DNA of 22,436 nucleotides from Ginkgo biloba (GCA_024626585.2 JANKJI020000002.1:63319469-63341904), one strand, 5' to 3'; shown: positions 11,072 to 22,010, counted from the first letter of the stretch. A program made the numbers and translations. The notes: generated by a model from the letters alone, not told the origin.

Positions 11072-12479
11072 NNNNNNNNNNNNNNNNNNNNNNNNNNNNN
11101 NNNNNNNNNNNNNNNNNNNNNNNNNNNNNCCATGCCATTGAGAAGGTAAAATGTCTAGAAATTAATATGGATGTAAAGTGTCTCATCCCTTATGGTATAC
11201 CATATGCCTTTAAGCAAAAACCATATCATAAGAACAACAAAAATAGGTAAGAAAAAATCTAGGATTTTAATTTTAAGATCATGTAAAAAAAATGAAATTG
11301 AATTTCATAGAGATGATTTATCTCATTAAGGTGATAATGTCAAATTAAATATAATCATGATAATTAATTTGGATTGGATAATTAAAATATAGAAAAAATA
11401 CTTATACGGTCCAAATCATTTCAATAATTCAACGAGGTTCCTTGGATAAATTTGAATGGAGGAACAACATTATGTGGAATAAAATAAGGATCTACCTCAT
11501 TTCATATTCTAAATTTTTTAAAAATTCCTAATAGAATAATATGAGGCCAATGGAAAAGTGTTGACAGGATCACCCATGTATGTGCGACTGGAATACTTGC
11601 AATATATTGGGCTCACAACAAAAGATGAATAATGAATAGGGATAGATAAACAATCAAAGATTTATAAAAAAAACATGAATTGAATTATGAAAATTCTAAG
11701 AATATCTTCTTGGGTGCCAAATCTTCTCATAACATGCGTGATAAAACTCTTTATTAGTGAGAATACNNNNNNNNNNNNNNNNNNNNNNNNNNNNNNNNNN
11801 NNNNNNNNNNNNNNNNNNNNNNNNNNNNNNNNNNNNNNNNNNNNNNNNNNNNNNNNNNNNNNNNNNNNNNNNNNNNNNNNNNNNNNNNNNNNNNNNNNNN
11901 NNNNNNNNNNNNNNNNNNNNNNNNNNNNNNNNNNNNNNNNNNNNNNNNNNNNNNNNNNNNNNNNNNNNNNNNNNNNNNNNNNNNNNNNNNNNNNNNNNNN
12001 NNNNNNNNNNNNNNNNNNNNNNNNNNNNNNNNNNNNNNNNNNNNNNNNNNNNNNNNNNNNNNNNNNNNNNNNNNNNNNNNNNNNNNNNNNNNNNNNNNNN
12101 NNNNNNNNNNNNNNNNNNNNNNNNNNNNNNNNNNNNNNNNNNNNNNNNNNNNNNNNNNNNNNNNNNNNNNNNNNNNNNNNNNNNNNNNNNNNNNNNNNNN
12201 NNNNNNNNNNNNNNNNNNNNNNNNNTTCTCCAAAAATATTACATCCTAATGTCAATATATAGTTACAAAAAAATGACATTTGGAAGAAAGAATGAGGGGA
12301 AGAGAAAGAGAGCATGAGAAGAATAAGTGAAGATGAAGCCTCCAAGTAAAAATCCCTCCTCTAATTCCTAATATAATATGAAAAACCTTGTTCTAGACCT
12401 TATATTCCCCCATATTAACCCTTGTGTGGTCCCTCCTTTAGATCTTATAGAACTTGTTCCTCATAAATTCCTAAGTGTA

Positions 12480-12801
12480 TGTAGAGAACCTTAGTGTGAA
12501 TCTTCAACAATATCTAATAATGAACACACAAATAAAATAAGTTGAAGACTCAAATTATAAAATATGGACTCAATAGATTATGGCCACTTGGAGGGTGAAA
12601 CCTCCCAAGTACAAAAGTATAATAATAACAATAAGCATGGCTCCTATGATCTCATAAGAAGAATATATAGAAGAATGCTATGTTGCATATGCAACACATG
12701 TCCTCCATACAAAATGTTTACAAATATAGAATAATGTAAGAAAGAGGTAGGTTAGAGAGAAGAATGAGGTACAAATAGATTAAGGGTTTGGGTTCATAAC
12801 A
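12480..12801 (-). repeat. 3' LTR (~322 bp)
   Basis: Starts TGTTATGAACC (minus strand) 2 nt after the PPT. The other end reads tgtagagaacctt on +, matching tgttatgaacctt at 13889. 12571-12646 aligns to 13951-14026 with 13 differences in 77 columns. Confidence 0.85.
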
Positions 12802-12803
12802 AG

Positions 12804-12814
12804 CCCCTCCCCTT
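12804..12814 (-). promoter_or_regulatory. Polypurine tract (PPT)
   Basis: Minus strand AAGGGGAGGGG-CT-TG, between the chromodomain and the LTR. Confidence 0.9.
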
Positions 12815-13350
12815 AAAAATAATTACCCTCAAATATTTATAAAACTTGGGTACTATTAAAAAAATTCTTCTTCTTCCTATGTAGCATCTTTAGGTGGTAG
12901 TCACTTCTACTTGATGAGGTACTATGTGATGTGTCTATTGCAGAGATGTTTGGTACACTTTCCAAGACTGCCTCTCATTCTAACTAGAGTTTCCCTTCTT
13001 CATNNNNNNNNNNNNNNNNNNNNNNNATTTGAACTATCATATTATAACCCACTACCCTTTTGAGGCTAGACACATAGAAGATGTTGTGTATCTATGAAGA
13101 ACTAGGTAGCTCCAAGGCATATGCAACTTCTCCCACTCTTCGAAGAAATTTGTAAGGCCCATAAAATTTTGGACCTAGCTTATATTTACCCTCATTTTTT
13201 ATAGATTCTTATTTGTAGGGTTGTAACCTTAATTATATCCAATCCCCAAATACAAAATCCCACTCACTTATCTTCTAGTTGGATTAATTATTTATTATAT
13301 TCTAATCCATTTGAATATTATCCTTTAGTATTTGGAGCACATTTTGCATT
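12815..13350 (-). pseudogene. Integrase C-terminus (GPY/F) plus chromodomain, Reina-like
   Basis: GDWI*LRLQPYK*ESIKNEGKYKLGPKFYGPYKFLRRVGEVAYALELPSSS*IHNIFYVSSLK, then YLIK*K*LPPKDAT*EEEEF (decayed YLIKWKxLPxEDATWE). Confidence 0.93.
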
Positions 13351-13874
13351 TTCTAGAGTAATAACAGAGGAAAATGACTGAATTACAAAAAAAAAAATTC
13401 TTTTTGTCTTTTTTGGATTTTTTTTTTTTTGTCCCAAATAGTATCCACTATGTCTGTGTGTGGAGGTTCATATAGATATCTCATAAGTTCATAAACTATT
13501 ATGCTATATTGTATTGGTACATGGACTAGAAACACAAAAAAATATGGTATGCGAAATCATGACACACTTGGACACGATACTAGCATAAAAATATGGTATA
13601 GTTGCAAAGAGACAAAGATGAGGATTTAAAAAAAAATTGAAGAAAAGTTCTTTGTATGAAAATGATGAATGATGATGCTGGGGAGGTTAATATTTGATGG
13701 AAACTTCAACTACAACAATTATGATCTTCGATGATGATTTTTCTCACTACTCTCTCTAAGACTTGATCTATGAGAAACTCACCCGGTCTTGTGCACAAAT
13801 CAATAATCCAGAATGTAAAAAAAAGAAGTCTAATACCAAGTGGTGTTGCTCTCCGAAAATATGTGGAGGAGATC

Positions 13875-13886
13875 GCTCTGATACCA
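13875..13886 (-). promoter_or_regulatory. Primer binding site, tRNA-iMet
   Basis: Perfect TGGTATCAGAGC on the minus strand, preceded by CA-AG (LTR end plus 2 nt). Confidence 0.95.
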
Positions 13887-13888
13887 CT

Positions 13889-14026
13889 TGTTATGAACCT
13901 TGATCACTGAACCCAATGTAACTCAAGAACATAATGGAAACAAGAACTCACAATAGACTACTAGCCACTTTGAGGGTGGAACCTCCCAGTACAACAGTAC
14001 GATAATAATATTCAGCATGCCTCCTA
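13889..14026 (-). repeat. 5' LTR, inner end (truncated by gap)
   Basis: Ends ...GGTTCATAACA next to the PBS. Homologous to 12480-12646. Confidence 0.85.
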
Positions 14027-14986
14027 NNNNNNNNNNNNNNNNNNNNNNNNNNNNNNNNNNNNNNNNNNNNNNNNNNNNNNNNNNNNNNNNNNNNNNNNNN
14101 NNNNNNNNNNNNNNNNNNNNNNNNNNACAAAGGAGGTGTCAATTTGACCTCATTTGATTTGTTAATTATGGAAGGGGTAATAATAACTACCTAAGTGTTT
14201 TGCTAGCAAATGTTGCATTTAAGATAAAAATTGTAAAGGGAAGTTAAAGTAAAATTTAGCAAATCTATACCTAAAAGGGTGTCTCTTTATTAATGAATTC
14301 TCTATGATCAATTATCTTTTTCCTTTGGGATGTGAAGTATTATTGTCAATGGATTCATTGTGATTAAATTTCCATTCTTCTTACAACAGAAAGTGTTCTA
14401 AGAACCAAAGTGGAGTAGTGACTATTAATACCATAAATGTTAGTTTGCTATTGATTCATTATTTAACCAAAAATAAAATGTAAAATTTAATTTGGGAAAA
14501 ATAAATGAAGCTTGAGGGTGAAGAGATCAACATTGTTGATGGAAACATTTAATTATTATTTTTGGTTAATATATAATCATTAAATTATATATGATTTTTA
14601 AACTTAAGTGAAAATATATGCATTTTATATTTTTAGATTTGTACATGAACTCACAAGTATTTATAATGTGAATTTTATTTCTTGAGAATTATATCTAGTA
14701 ATGTTTTAAATACTATGAATTCAAAAAATTCTCAAATTTAAATCCTTTAAGGTGGTAATGCTAAAGATCATAAATAATTATAAAAAGGATCAAGCTATTG
14801 AGGTGCGAATGTCTCCTTTTTATCATAAAGATAATATGAATTGAGGACCTTGTCCCCAATAGTGAATTTTTGTGTTTGATGGTCTTCTCATATGTAATTT
14901 TACTCCTATAGTTGTAAGCTTCCATGTGTTTTTGAGTTATGATAATTTNNNNNNNNNNNNNNNNNNNNNNNNNNNNNNNNNNNNNN

Positions 14987-17317
14987 CCTCTTCATTGATA
15001 AATTTATTTGTTGAAATCCTTAAGGAAGGTATCTCAATTTTAAGAGGAAGGGCGATTTCTACTTTGTACACTAAGGAATAAGACGTGGAACGTATTTCTA
15101 TATTAGTGATGGCTTAACAAGACTAATCACAATGATAATCATTAACAAATTTTATAATATCTTTATTAGTATTTTATTGAATGCTTCGATTTGACTATTA
15201 GCTTATGAATAATATTGGGAATTTTTTTTGTGGGCATAGGTCATCCACACGTTGATTGTAAAATGATTTTTTGTTATATATGATAATGACATATATATGA
15301 AAAAATGATAAATTATCTAATTAAATATGGATGTTGCAATCATATGTCCACCTACTATTATTAATGGAATTATCTCTCTACAGTTTGTGAAGTAGTCTAT
15401 TACAATTAGAATGAACTTGTGTTGATAAGAGGACTTATAGTGGATGGTGTTTATAATATCAAGGCCCCTTTTTGAGAAAGTTCGTGATCTAATAATCAAT
15501 CTAAGATATTCTATAATGTTATGGATTTTTTTGGCATGGAATTGACACTTTTGATACTGCCTAACATGTTCATGAGAATCTTTAAATATAGTTGGCCAAT
15601 AATAACCCATCCTTAGGATTTTCTATGTTGTAGTTTTTTCACCAAAGTGCGCCCCCCCCATAATCTCTCATGAGATTCATAAATAGAATCTTATGCTTTA
15701 ATTATATTAAGTAATTTTAACAAAATCCCATTGAATTACCTTTTATTGAGAATACTCCCTAAGATTAAATATTTTTGTGTAGTTGCTCTACTTTTTCTTT
15801 TCTTATTTGGAGTAGCATTAACTGAATATTCCTTATTTATGATAAATTTTATACTATATCTAGACTATTCTTTATTAGTTATATAATATTTCTATATGTG
15901 AAGTATATGTTCATCCGAAAATTTATCATCACCAAGATCTTGATCATAATTAGGTTAGGTTGTATTGAATAGTTGCTCTACACCAATGATTTCTTTTCTA
16001 GATTTCTGATTAATAATTTGAAGGTAAAATTTTGGCAGAAGCATAACTCATCTTCTTTCTCTTCTAGTGAGATTAGGATTATTGAGTGTAAACCTAAGTT
16101 AGTATGAACATGTTATAACGATGTTTTGTTCACTAAGCAAGTATTGCCTTAGTTTCTTGGTTGAAAACATTAATGAAATACATTATTTTTCAATGCATGA
16201 TTAATTGAGCTCATAGTTTATCAATGTTTGACTTATGAAGTAAACATATTTATCTTTTTTATTTTCATCCTCTTGTGTAAGCATGGCTCGAGTGATCATT
16301 CAATGCTTCATGTATAGAGGATAAATGGCTCATTAAAACATGGTGCTATTAGGATTCGAGAAGAAACCATGGTTTATTTATTTTTTAAAAAATATTCTTA
16401 TGCTTTTGGAGACCACTAGAAAATAACATCTTTTTTAAGGAGGTTGGTCAATGGTTTGTATTTTAGGGAGAAATCAACTAAAAACCTCCTTATGAACCCA
16501 AGTTTTCCCAGGAATGACTTAATTTTTATTGGTGGCTTGGGAGGAGAAATTTTAAGGATAACCCCAAGTTTGCTAGGATCAATCTTTATATCTTAATATG
16601 ATACAATATAGTCGATAAGCTTCGTGAATATAATTGTAAATATACATTTACGAGAATTTACGTGTATTCAATACTTTCTACACCTCTCAAATATAAGTTG
16701 TAGATAATGTATATGGATATCATATTTCTTTAACAAACTAAGGATACTATCCACATAAGACTACATGATGTCATTTATAAGAACATACAATAAAAGAGTT
16801 ATCGCCCTTTGGTAGGTTACTCCAACATTATTGAGTCTAAAGGGCATAACCTTAGAGGTGAATGTTCCATAAGGTGTTATGAATGAAGTTTTATGCCACT
16901 CTTTAAGAGAGAGGATAGTATAATCATATTAAGAAAATCCATCCACGAGTGATATTAGTTCAAAGATGACAATTTGATCTACAACTTAATCAACAAAGAG
17001 TAAAAGAAAGTTATCCTTAGGACATGCTTTGTTGATATTTCCTAAATCAATACATACCCTAATTAAACCATTTTTCTTCATTATTGAGACTATTTTAGAT
17101 ACCCATTATGGATAATCAATTGGTGTGATGCATCTAACATCAATTAGTTTTTACACCTCTTTCTTCACAATTGTTGATAATTTAGGAGCCACAGGATGTT
17201 TCTTTTTCTCTACGGGTCTTATATAAAATTTTGTGATTATGCTATGATTTTATATATTTATATCCATACCTTTCATATCAGAATATTCCCAAGAAAAAAT
17301 ATATAAATATTCTCAAA
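14987..17317 (-). pseudogene. Degenerate Tat-like Gypsy pol, segment A: RT-RNase H-integrase
   Basis: RT: IRVCID..INKACPKDNF, DGFS, HKTSFITPYGTF..KVMPFRL, YVDS (16746-16757). RH: AMLTQEDE...VYFISQTL...IEK...KKLRQYLL. INT: GGAHF...KILRMGYYWPTIFKD...KCQ...GLDII...HKFILIVIDYFT, and SYSLVY..EIALPLKIEIPSLRI. Confidence 0.93.
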
Positions 17318-18030
17318 NNNNNNNNNNNNNNNNNNNNNNNNNNNNNNNNNNNNNNNNNNNNNNNNNNNNNNNNNNNNNNNNNNNNNNNNNNNNNNNNNNN
17401 NNNNNNNNNNNNNNNNNTCATCAAGGTGGTCTTGTCTCTTTTGAGACAATGCCATTAGGTCATCTACATATGTTTGGATAATTTTGTTAATCAAATCATA
17501 AAACATATAGGTCATTGCTCACTAATAGGTAGCGCCAATAATTTTGAGTCCAAATGGCATGAATCAATAAGAAAAGGTTCTCCAAGGTGTAGTAAATGAA
17601 GTCTTTTGTCTATCTTTAGGGGAGATAAGGATCTAGTTATAACTAGAAAACCCATCCATTAAGGACATAACATAAAAACCTATAGTTGGATCTAGGATTT
17701 GATTGATAAAAGGAAGAGGGAAGTTGTTCTTAGGGAAAACATTATTTTTATTTTAAAATTCAACATAGATGTAGACTTCTCCATTTTTCTTCTTAATTAG
17801 GACAATGTTAGCAACCCGATGAGGATAGTCAATGGGTATGATAAGGCCAACTTAGATTAGTTTTTTAATTTTAGACTTAATGACAGTCGAAATCTTTCAG
17901 TTAATAGGACATTGGCATTATCAAAAAAAAAATTCCCCAAGAGTCATAGTGAAATTGTGTGATACAATATCAGGATCAATACCTTTCATATCAGAATATT
18001 CCCAAGAAAAAATATATAAATATTCTCAAA
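17266..18030 (+). repeat. Exact 52-bp direct repeat (17266-17317 = 17979-18030)
   Basis: atacctttcatatcagaatattcccaagaaaaaatatataaatattctcaaa occurs twice. The first copy ends at a 100-N gap. Confidence 0.95.
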
Positions 18031-19197
18031 ATAATTGAGTATATTCTTTAATTTATGATTAGGAGAAATTGGCCCCAATTTTGATAATCTTTGGGTATGG
18101 GATAAGTTCCAAGTCAATGTTCATGGTTTTATTAGCTAACATGGAATTTTATTACTTAAAATGATCAAGTATAGGAGGAAGTGTTTCTTATAAGAAAATA
18201 TTTGGAATTTCTTAATCATGATATTTTTATGAAGGGCCTCATTAAGAGTGTAATTTCTTTTCAAATCCTAGTTTATGACGATAAGGAGATAAATCACTTT
18301 ATTCTTCAATGAGAAATTTAAATATTGATTCATCATTATAAAAAATGTCCATACAATTGAAATTGAGTTATATCATATTGATTGAATGGATTTAAGTGGA
18401 TTCTGATAATTCTTGGTCTTGATCATTGATTAGAAGGCGACTAACGTTCAAGTCTTCAGTAAAAATATATTTTCACAATCCTAATGAGATAAGCTATTTT
18501 ATTAAAGAATAATGGGATTTATGGTTCAATGATTTTTATTATTGTTGTTTATAAGTCCATATTGTGTGGGTATATGGGATGGTGGTTTTTTTATACATGT
18601 GATTATATTTGGTTGAGGGATTTTACTCTCTTTTGACAAAGTGAATCTATCCTTCATGAAGAAATTAAGTTTTCCTACACAAGGTAGAGGCACATACATT
18701 GTTAACCAGAGGAAGACCTAACAAAAGATTATATTTTAGATCTTGGTCCATATCTTCCACTTCAACACTAGTAGTTTTTCCATCTAAGGTAACGGGAACT
18801 AAGGTTTTCGAAGAGGGGATTTTCATATTCCTAATATATTCAAGTGGTTGGATCAAGGTGTTGAATTACCAATTATCTCATAATCAAATATTATAGTGTC
18901 CCTAATGGGAACTATTAGATAATATAGAGAAAATAACAATTCATAGATAAAGAATCTATATATGAACAATAAGGAATAATATCCAATCAAAATGCACTTT
19001 CGAAAGAATCAATAACTATGATAGTTCAATTTCACAAAGATAATAAATTACCAAAAATATCTAAAACAACAGAATAATTGAGAATTAGAAAGTGCGAGGC
19101 ACATACCACCATGAATAATCACAAATTGAGGAGCACCTGCTACCAAGCAAGAGTAAAATGTTTTAGAAGAAGAATAAAATATGAAATGTAATGAAGG
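17418..19197 (-). pseudogene. Degenerate Tat-like Gypsy pol, segment B: protease region-RT
   Basis: Protease C-half VTLDGKTTSVEVEDMDQDLKYNLLLG (within 18665-18856). RT: FSWEYSDMKGID, PKNNFPLPFINQILD, SLMDGFSSYN, KTSFTTPW, MPFGLK, IIQTYVDDL (YVDD 17459-17470). Confidence 0.9.
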
Positions 19198-19440
19198 NNN
19201 NNNNNNNNNNNNNNNNNNNNNNNNNNNNNNNNNNNNNNNNNNNNNNNNNNNNNNNNNNNNNNNNNNNNNNNNNNNNNNNNNNNNNNNNNNNNNNNNNNNN
19301 NNNNNNNNNNNNNNNNNNNNNNNNNNNNNNNNNNNNNNNNNNNNNNNNNNNNNNNNNNNNNNNNNNNNNNNNNNNNNNNNNNNNNNNNNNNNNNNNNNNN
19401 NNNNNNNNNNNNNNNNNNNNNNNNNNNNTAGAACAAAAAA

Positions 19441-19458
19441 TTCCTCCCCCACCCCCCC
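19441..19458 (-). promoter_or_regulatory. Polypurine tract (PPT)
   Basis: Minus strand GGGGGGGTGGGGGAGGAA directly after the chromodomain. A TGTTCTA possible LTR start follows a short T run. Confidence 0.75.
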
Positions 19459-19459
19459 A

Positions 19460-20290
19460 ACATTCAAAATGATTTTCACTTGAATCATAGGTAACTGTGG
19501 ATGCTACTCAATAAATAATTCTAATTCCTAACTAGCATATTCATTAAGACAGTTCTTCAACTTTATTTTATATTCTTTTATTTATTTTATTCGTGGTCTA
19601 TAATGTTATCTATAGTTAAAAAGTTATTTATCCTTCATCATCTACTTCCATCATTTTTGTTTACAGGACTGCCTTATTTTCTAGTTATTTTTTTAGGCAA
19701 GAAACATGAAAGACATTATGAATTCTCCCTCTATTTAGAAGGTCTAGAGCATATATCACTTCTCCCACTTTTGTTCACACTTTGTATGGGAAATAAAACA
19801 TAGGTTGCAACTTATGTTTTCCTTTGTCCTTCAGAGTTGTCTATTTATAGGGTTACAACCATATGAATACCATGTCCCCAAATTTGAAACTCCATTCACT
19901 TCATCCTTTATCAACTGATTGATTCACATAATTTTGTGCCATGTCTTGGTTTCCTTTTAAGATTCTTGTAACTTCCTATATTTAGATAATTAAATCGTTT
20001 ACACTTGGGATTTTTTATTCTTCTAATATGAGGCCTTTTATTCTTGGTGGGTCTTAACCATATAATTCTTTAAAAGGATCCATCCCTATTGCACATTGGT
20101 ATGTAGTGTTATAATAATATTTAACAAGGTGTGACTATTTTCCAACCTCTCTATGCATCACTTGTGTATGCTCTTAGGTATCCTTTGATGAATTTATTAA
20201 TGATCTCTAACTATATATCTAATTGTGTATAGTAGGTTGATCTCATATTGAATTTTATCCCTACGAGTCTAAACAACTCCCACTAATGCA
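19460..20290 (-). pseudogene. Integrase core C-half, GPY/F region and chromodomain, Reina-like
   Basis: WELFRLVGIKFNMRSTYYTQLD..EIINKFIKGYLR, YYNTTYQCAIGMDPFKELYG, GDMVF..L*PYK*TTLKDKGKHKLQPMFYFPYKV, EYKIKLKNCLNEYAS*E..FIE*HPQL. Confidence 0.88.
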
Positions 20291-20308
20291 TCCAATTGAT
20301 ATCAACTC

Positions 20309-20320
20309 CCCTTGATACCA
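20309..20320 (-). promoter_or_regulatory. Decayed tRNA-iMet primer binding site
   Basis: Minus strand ...TATAACA-TC-TGGTATCAAGGG: first 8 nt match TGGTATCA, with canonical CA+2 nt spacing. Confidence 0.75.
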
Positions 20321-20322
20321 GA

Positions 20323-20520
20323 TGTTATAATTCCTAAGACTAATGAGTGGTCCTTCCTATGAGGGATTAATGGAAAGAGATGAAGAATAAAATGTCACTT
20401 ACACATAGAACTACACTTGGACAAAGAATGAATTTAACATTAACTTAACCCCAAATGATTCTTCAATTATATTATAGAAGGTTAAAGATATAATATGATA
20501 AATCTCCCTCCCATAGGAAT
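20323..20520 (-). repeat. 5' LTR, inner end (truncated by gap)
   Basis: Begins tgttata on + next to the PBS, similar to the tgttatg terminus at 13889. Non-coding. Confidence 0.65.
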
Positions 20521-20620
20521 NNNNNNNNNNNNNNNNNNNNNNNNNNNNNNNNNNNNNNNNNNNNNNNNNNNNNNNNNNNNNNNNNNNNNNNNNNNNNNNN
20601 NNNNNNNNNNNNNNNNNNNN

Positions 20621-21490
20621 GTTCTTAATGAACTTGCTGTAAAAAAATGCTAACCCATAAAAATTCTCACCTCAATGACATTGGTCAGTGTCAGCCACTC
20701 CATAATTGCCTTGACATTTTTTGGGTCCATTTGCAGTCCTTCTCTGAAAATGAATACTCCCAAATATACCAGATTCTATTTGAAGAAACTACACTTCTTC
20801 AGGTTCATAAATATATTCTCTCGTCGGAGTATTTTAAATACTTGTTAGAGATGCTCTTTATGATCAACGACATTCTTACTAAAAATTAAAATATCATCTA
20901 GATATATGAGGACATACCTACTAATGAGTGGTTGCAAGACAGAGTTAATCAACCTCATGAATGTGCTTGGTGCATTAGACAATCTGAATGGCATGACTCT
21001 CCATTTATACAATCCATCTCTTGTCTTAAACATAATCTTTCACTCATCTCCATCTCAAATGTGAATTTGGTAGTACCCGCTTCTTAGATACACCTTTAAA
21101 AAATACGTGGCTCCTAACAAGAAATCTATTATGTTATCCATGTGTGGCATGGAAAATCTATACTTGATGGTAATCTTGTTAATGGCTCAGGAGTCCACAC
21201 ACATCCTTCATGGTCCATCCTTCTTGGGTGCCAACACTGCCATCATGACACATGGGCTCAAACTCACATGTATGTTCCCTTTCTACAACAACTTTTGCAC
21301 TTATCAATTCATCTCTTCATTCTCTTAAGGATTTAATCTATATGAATCCTTATTTATCAAACTCAATCCTCAAATCAAGTTAATTTGATGAGCAATGCCT
21401 TTATCAGGAGACAATCCAATTAGTAGCTGCTATGACATAATGTCTCTGTACTCTTTTAATAGTTCTTCAACCTCTATTGGTGTTGACTCT
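20621..21490 (-). pseudogene. Degenerate CRM-like chromovirus reverse transcriptase
   Basis: LAPKKDGP*RMCVDS*AINKITIKYRF, LRSGYYQI, FKTRDGLYKWRVMPFRLSNAPSTFMRLIN, YLDDILIFS (YLDD 20893-20904), GLQMDPKNVKAIMEW. The GLYEWLVMPFGL-type motif is typical of the CRM clade. Confidence 0.93.
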
Positions 21491-21499
21491 AGTCCTTCT

Positions 21500-22010
21500 T
21501 CCTCTGCCCTCTCCTAATCACATTCACCACTACATCTCTTATGGAATTTCTCACCTTCATGATCTGCTCAAAATATCCCTTTTTGTCTCTCTCTCCTATA
21601 TTTTTACCTCTACCTTTTGATTGTCCCCTTTTGGCTCCAAATTATCTCCTTATATCTCTAGTGGTTGAGTCATTAAGATCTTGATTTAATTTTCCTTGCA
21701 CTTGAATTCACCTACCAGCCTCAAGCCTCGAGTTCTCCTGCTTATGGAATATTTACTTCAAGGGGTGCGGTCACCTACCATTTGAAATACTCAAATTTAA
21801 AATCCTTTCTATGATGATATTCCTCTGCCAAATATTTATCCTCTATCATCATCCCCCTCATTGTTAATGCTCCTATCACTACGATTGATTATTTTTGTCC
21901 TACCATTATCGTGACTACTCTTTGTTATCATTGTCAATCATTGGTATTTTAACCTTTTGACTGTTGTTGTCAATTGTTGTTGTACATCCCCTTCTTTCGA
22001 ACCTTTCCAT
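21500..22010 (-). pseudogene. Possible heavily deleted gag remnant
   Basis: Purine-rich minus-strand sequence from an ATG at 22010, with a DFKFEYF segment (weak match to DFKVEIPEF) and a GRG-rich stretch. Sits immediately upstream of the RT. No protease motif seen. Confidence 0.4.

Larger units (their letters stand above)
12480..14026 (-). mobile_element. Internally deleted Reina-like chromovirus: LTR-PBS-noncoding-INT C-terminus-chromodomain-PPT-LTR
   Basis: Two homologous LTR segments, a tRNA-iMet PBS, GPY/F motif, chromodomain and PPT, all in correct minus-strand order. No gag/PR/RT/RH. Outer part of the 5' LTR is lost in a gap. Confidence 0.75.
19429..20520 (-). mobile_element. Second internally deleted Reina-like chromovirus: LTR end-PBS-partial INT-chromodomain-PPT
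   Basis: LTR end and decayed PBS sit ~20 nt from mid-integrase sequence with no gap between. PPT at the other end. Both flanks are gaps. Confidence 0.7.
1010..20620. other. 15 assembly gaps: 1010-1109, 4000-4599, 6139-6609, 7738-7753, 8506-8519, 8755-8823, 9563-9662, 11072-11129, 11767-12225, 13004-13026, 14027-14126, 14949-14986, 17318-17417, 19198-19428, 20521-20620
   Basis: N runs. Five are exactly 100 N, which usually denotes unknown size. Confidence 0.99.

Noticed and set aside
11130-11766. Possible + strand LINE post-RT remnant
   Set aside because: Only vague short similarities in very AT-rich DNA, with no ordered motif set.
13387-13430. A11 and T13 runs as a SINE tail or terminator hairpin
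   Set aside because: No Pol III A/B boxes or TSD, and homopolymers are common in retrotransposon UTRs.
14127-14948. AT-rich stretch as a MITE or host promoter
   Set aside because: No terminal inverted repeats, internal repeats or coding signal that I can support.
20647-21336. + strand ORFs 20647-20889, 21107-21328 and 21142-21336 (also 9549-9842, 18699-18896)
   Set aside because: Antisense to clear pol domains, with no independent evidence of coding.
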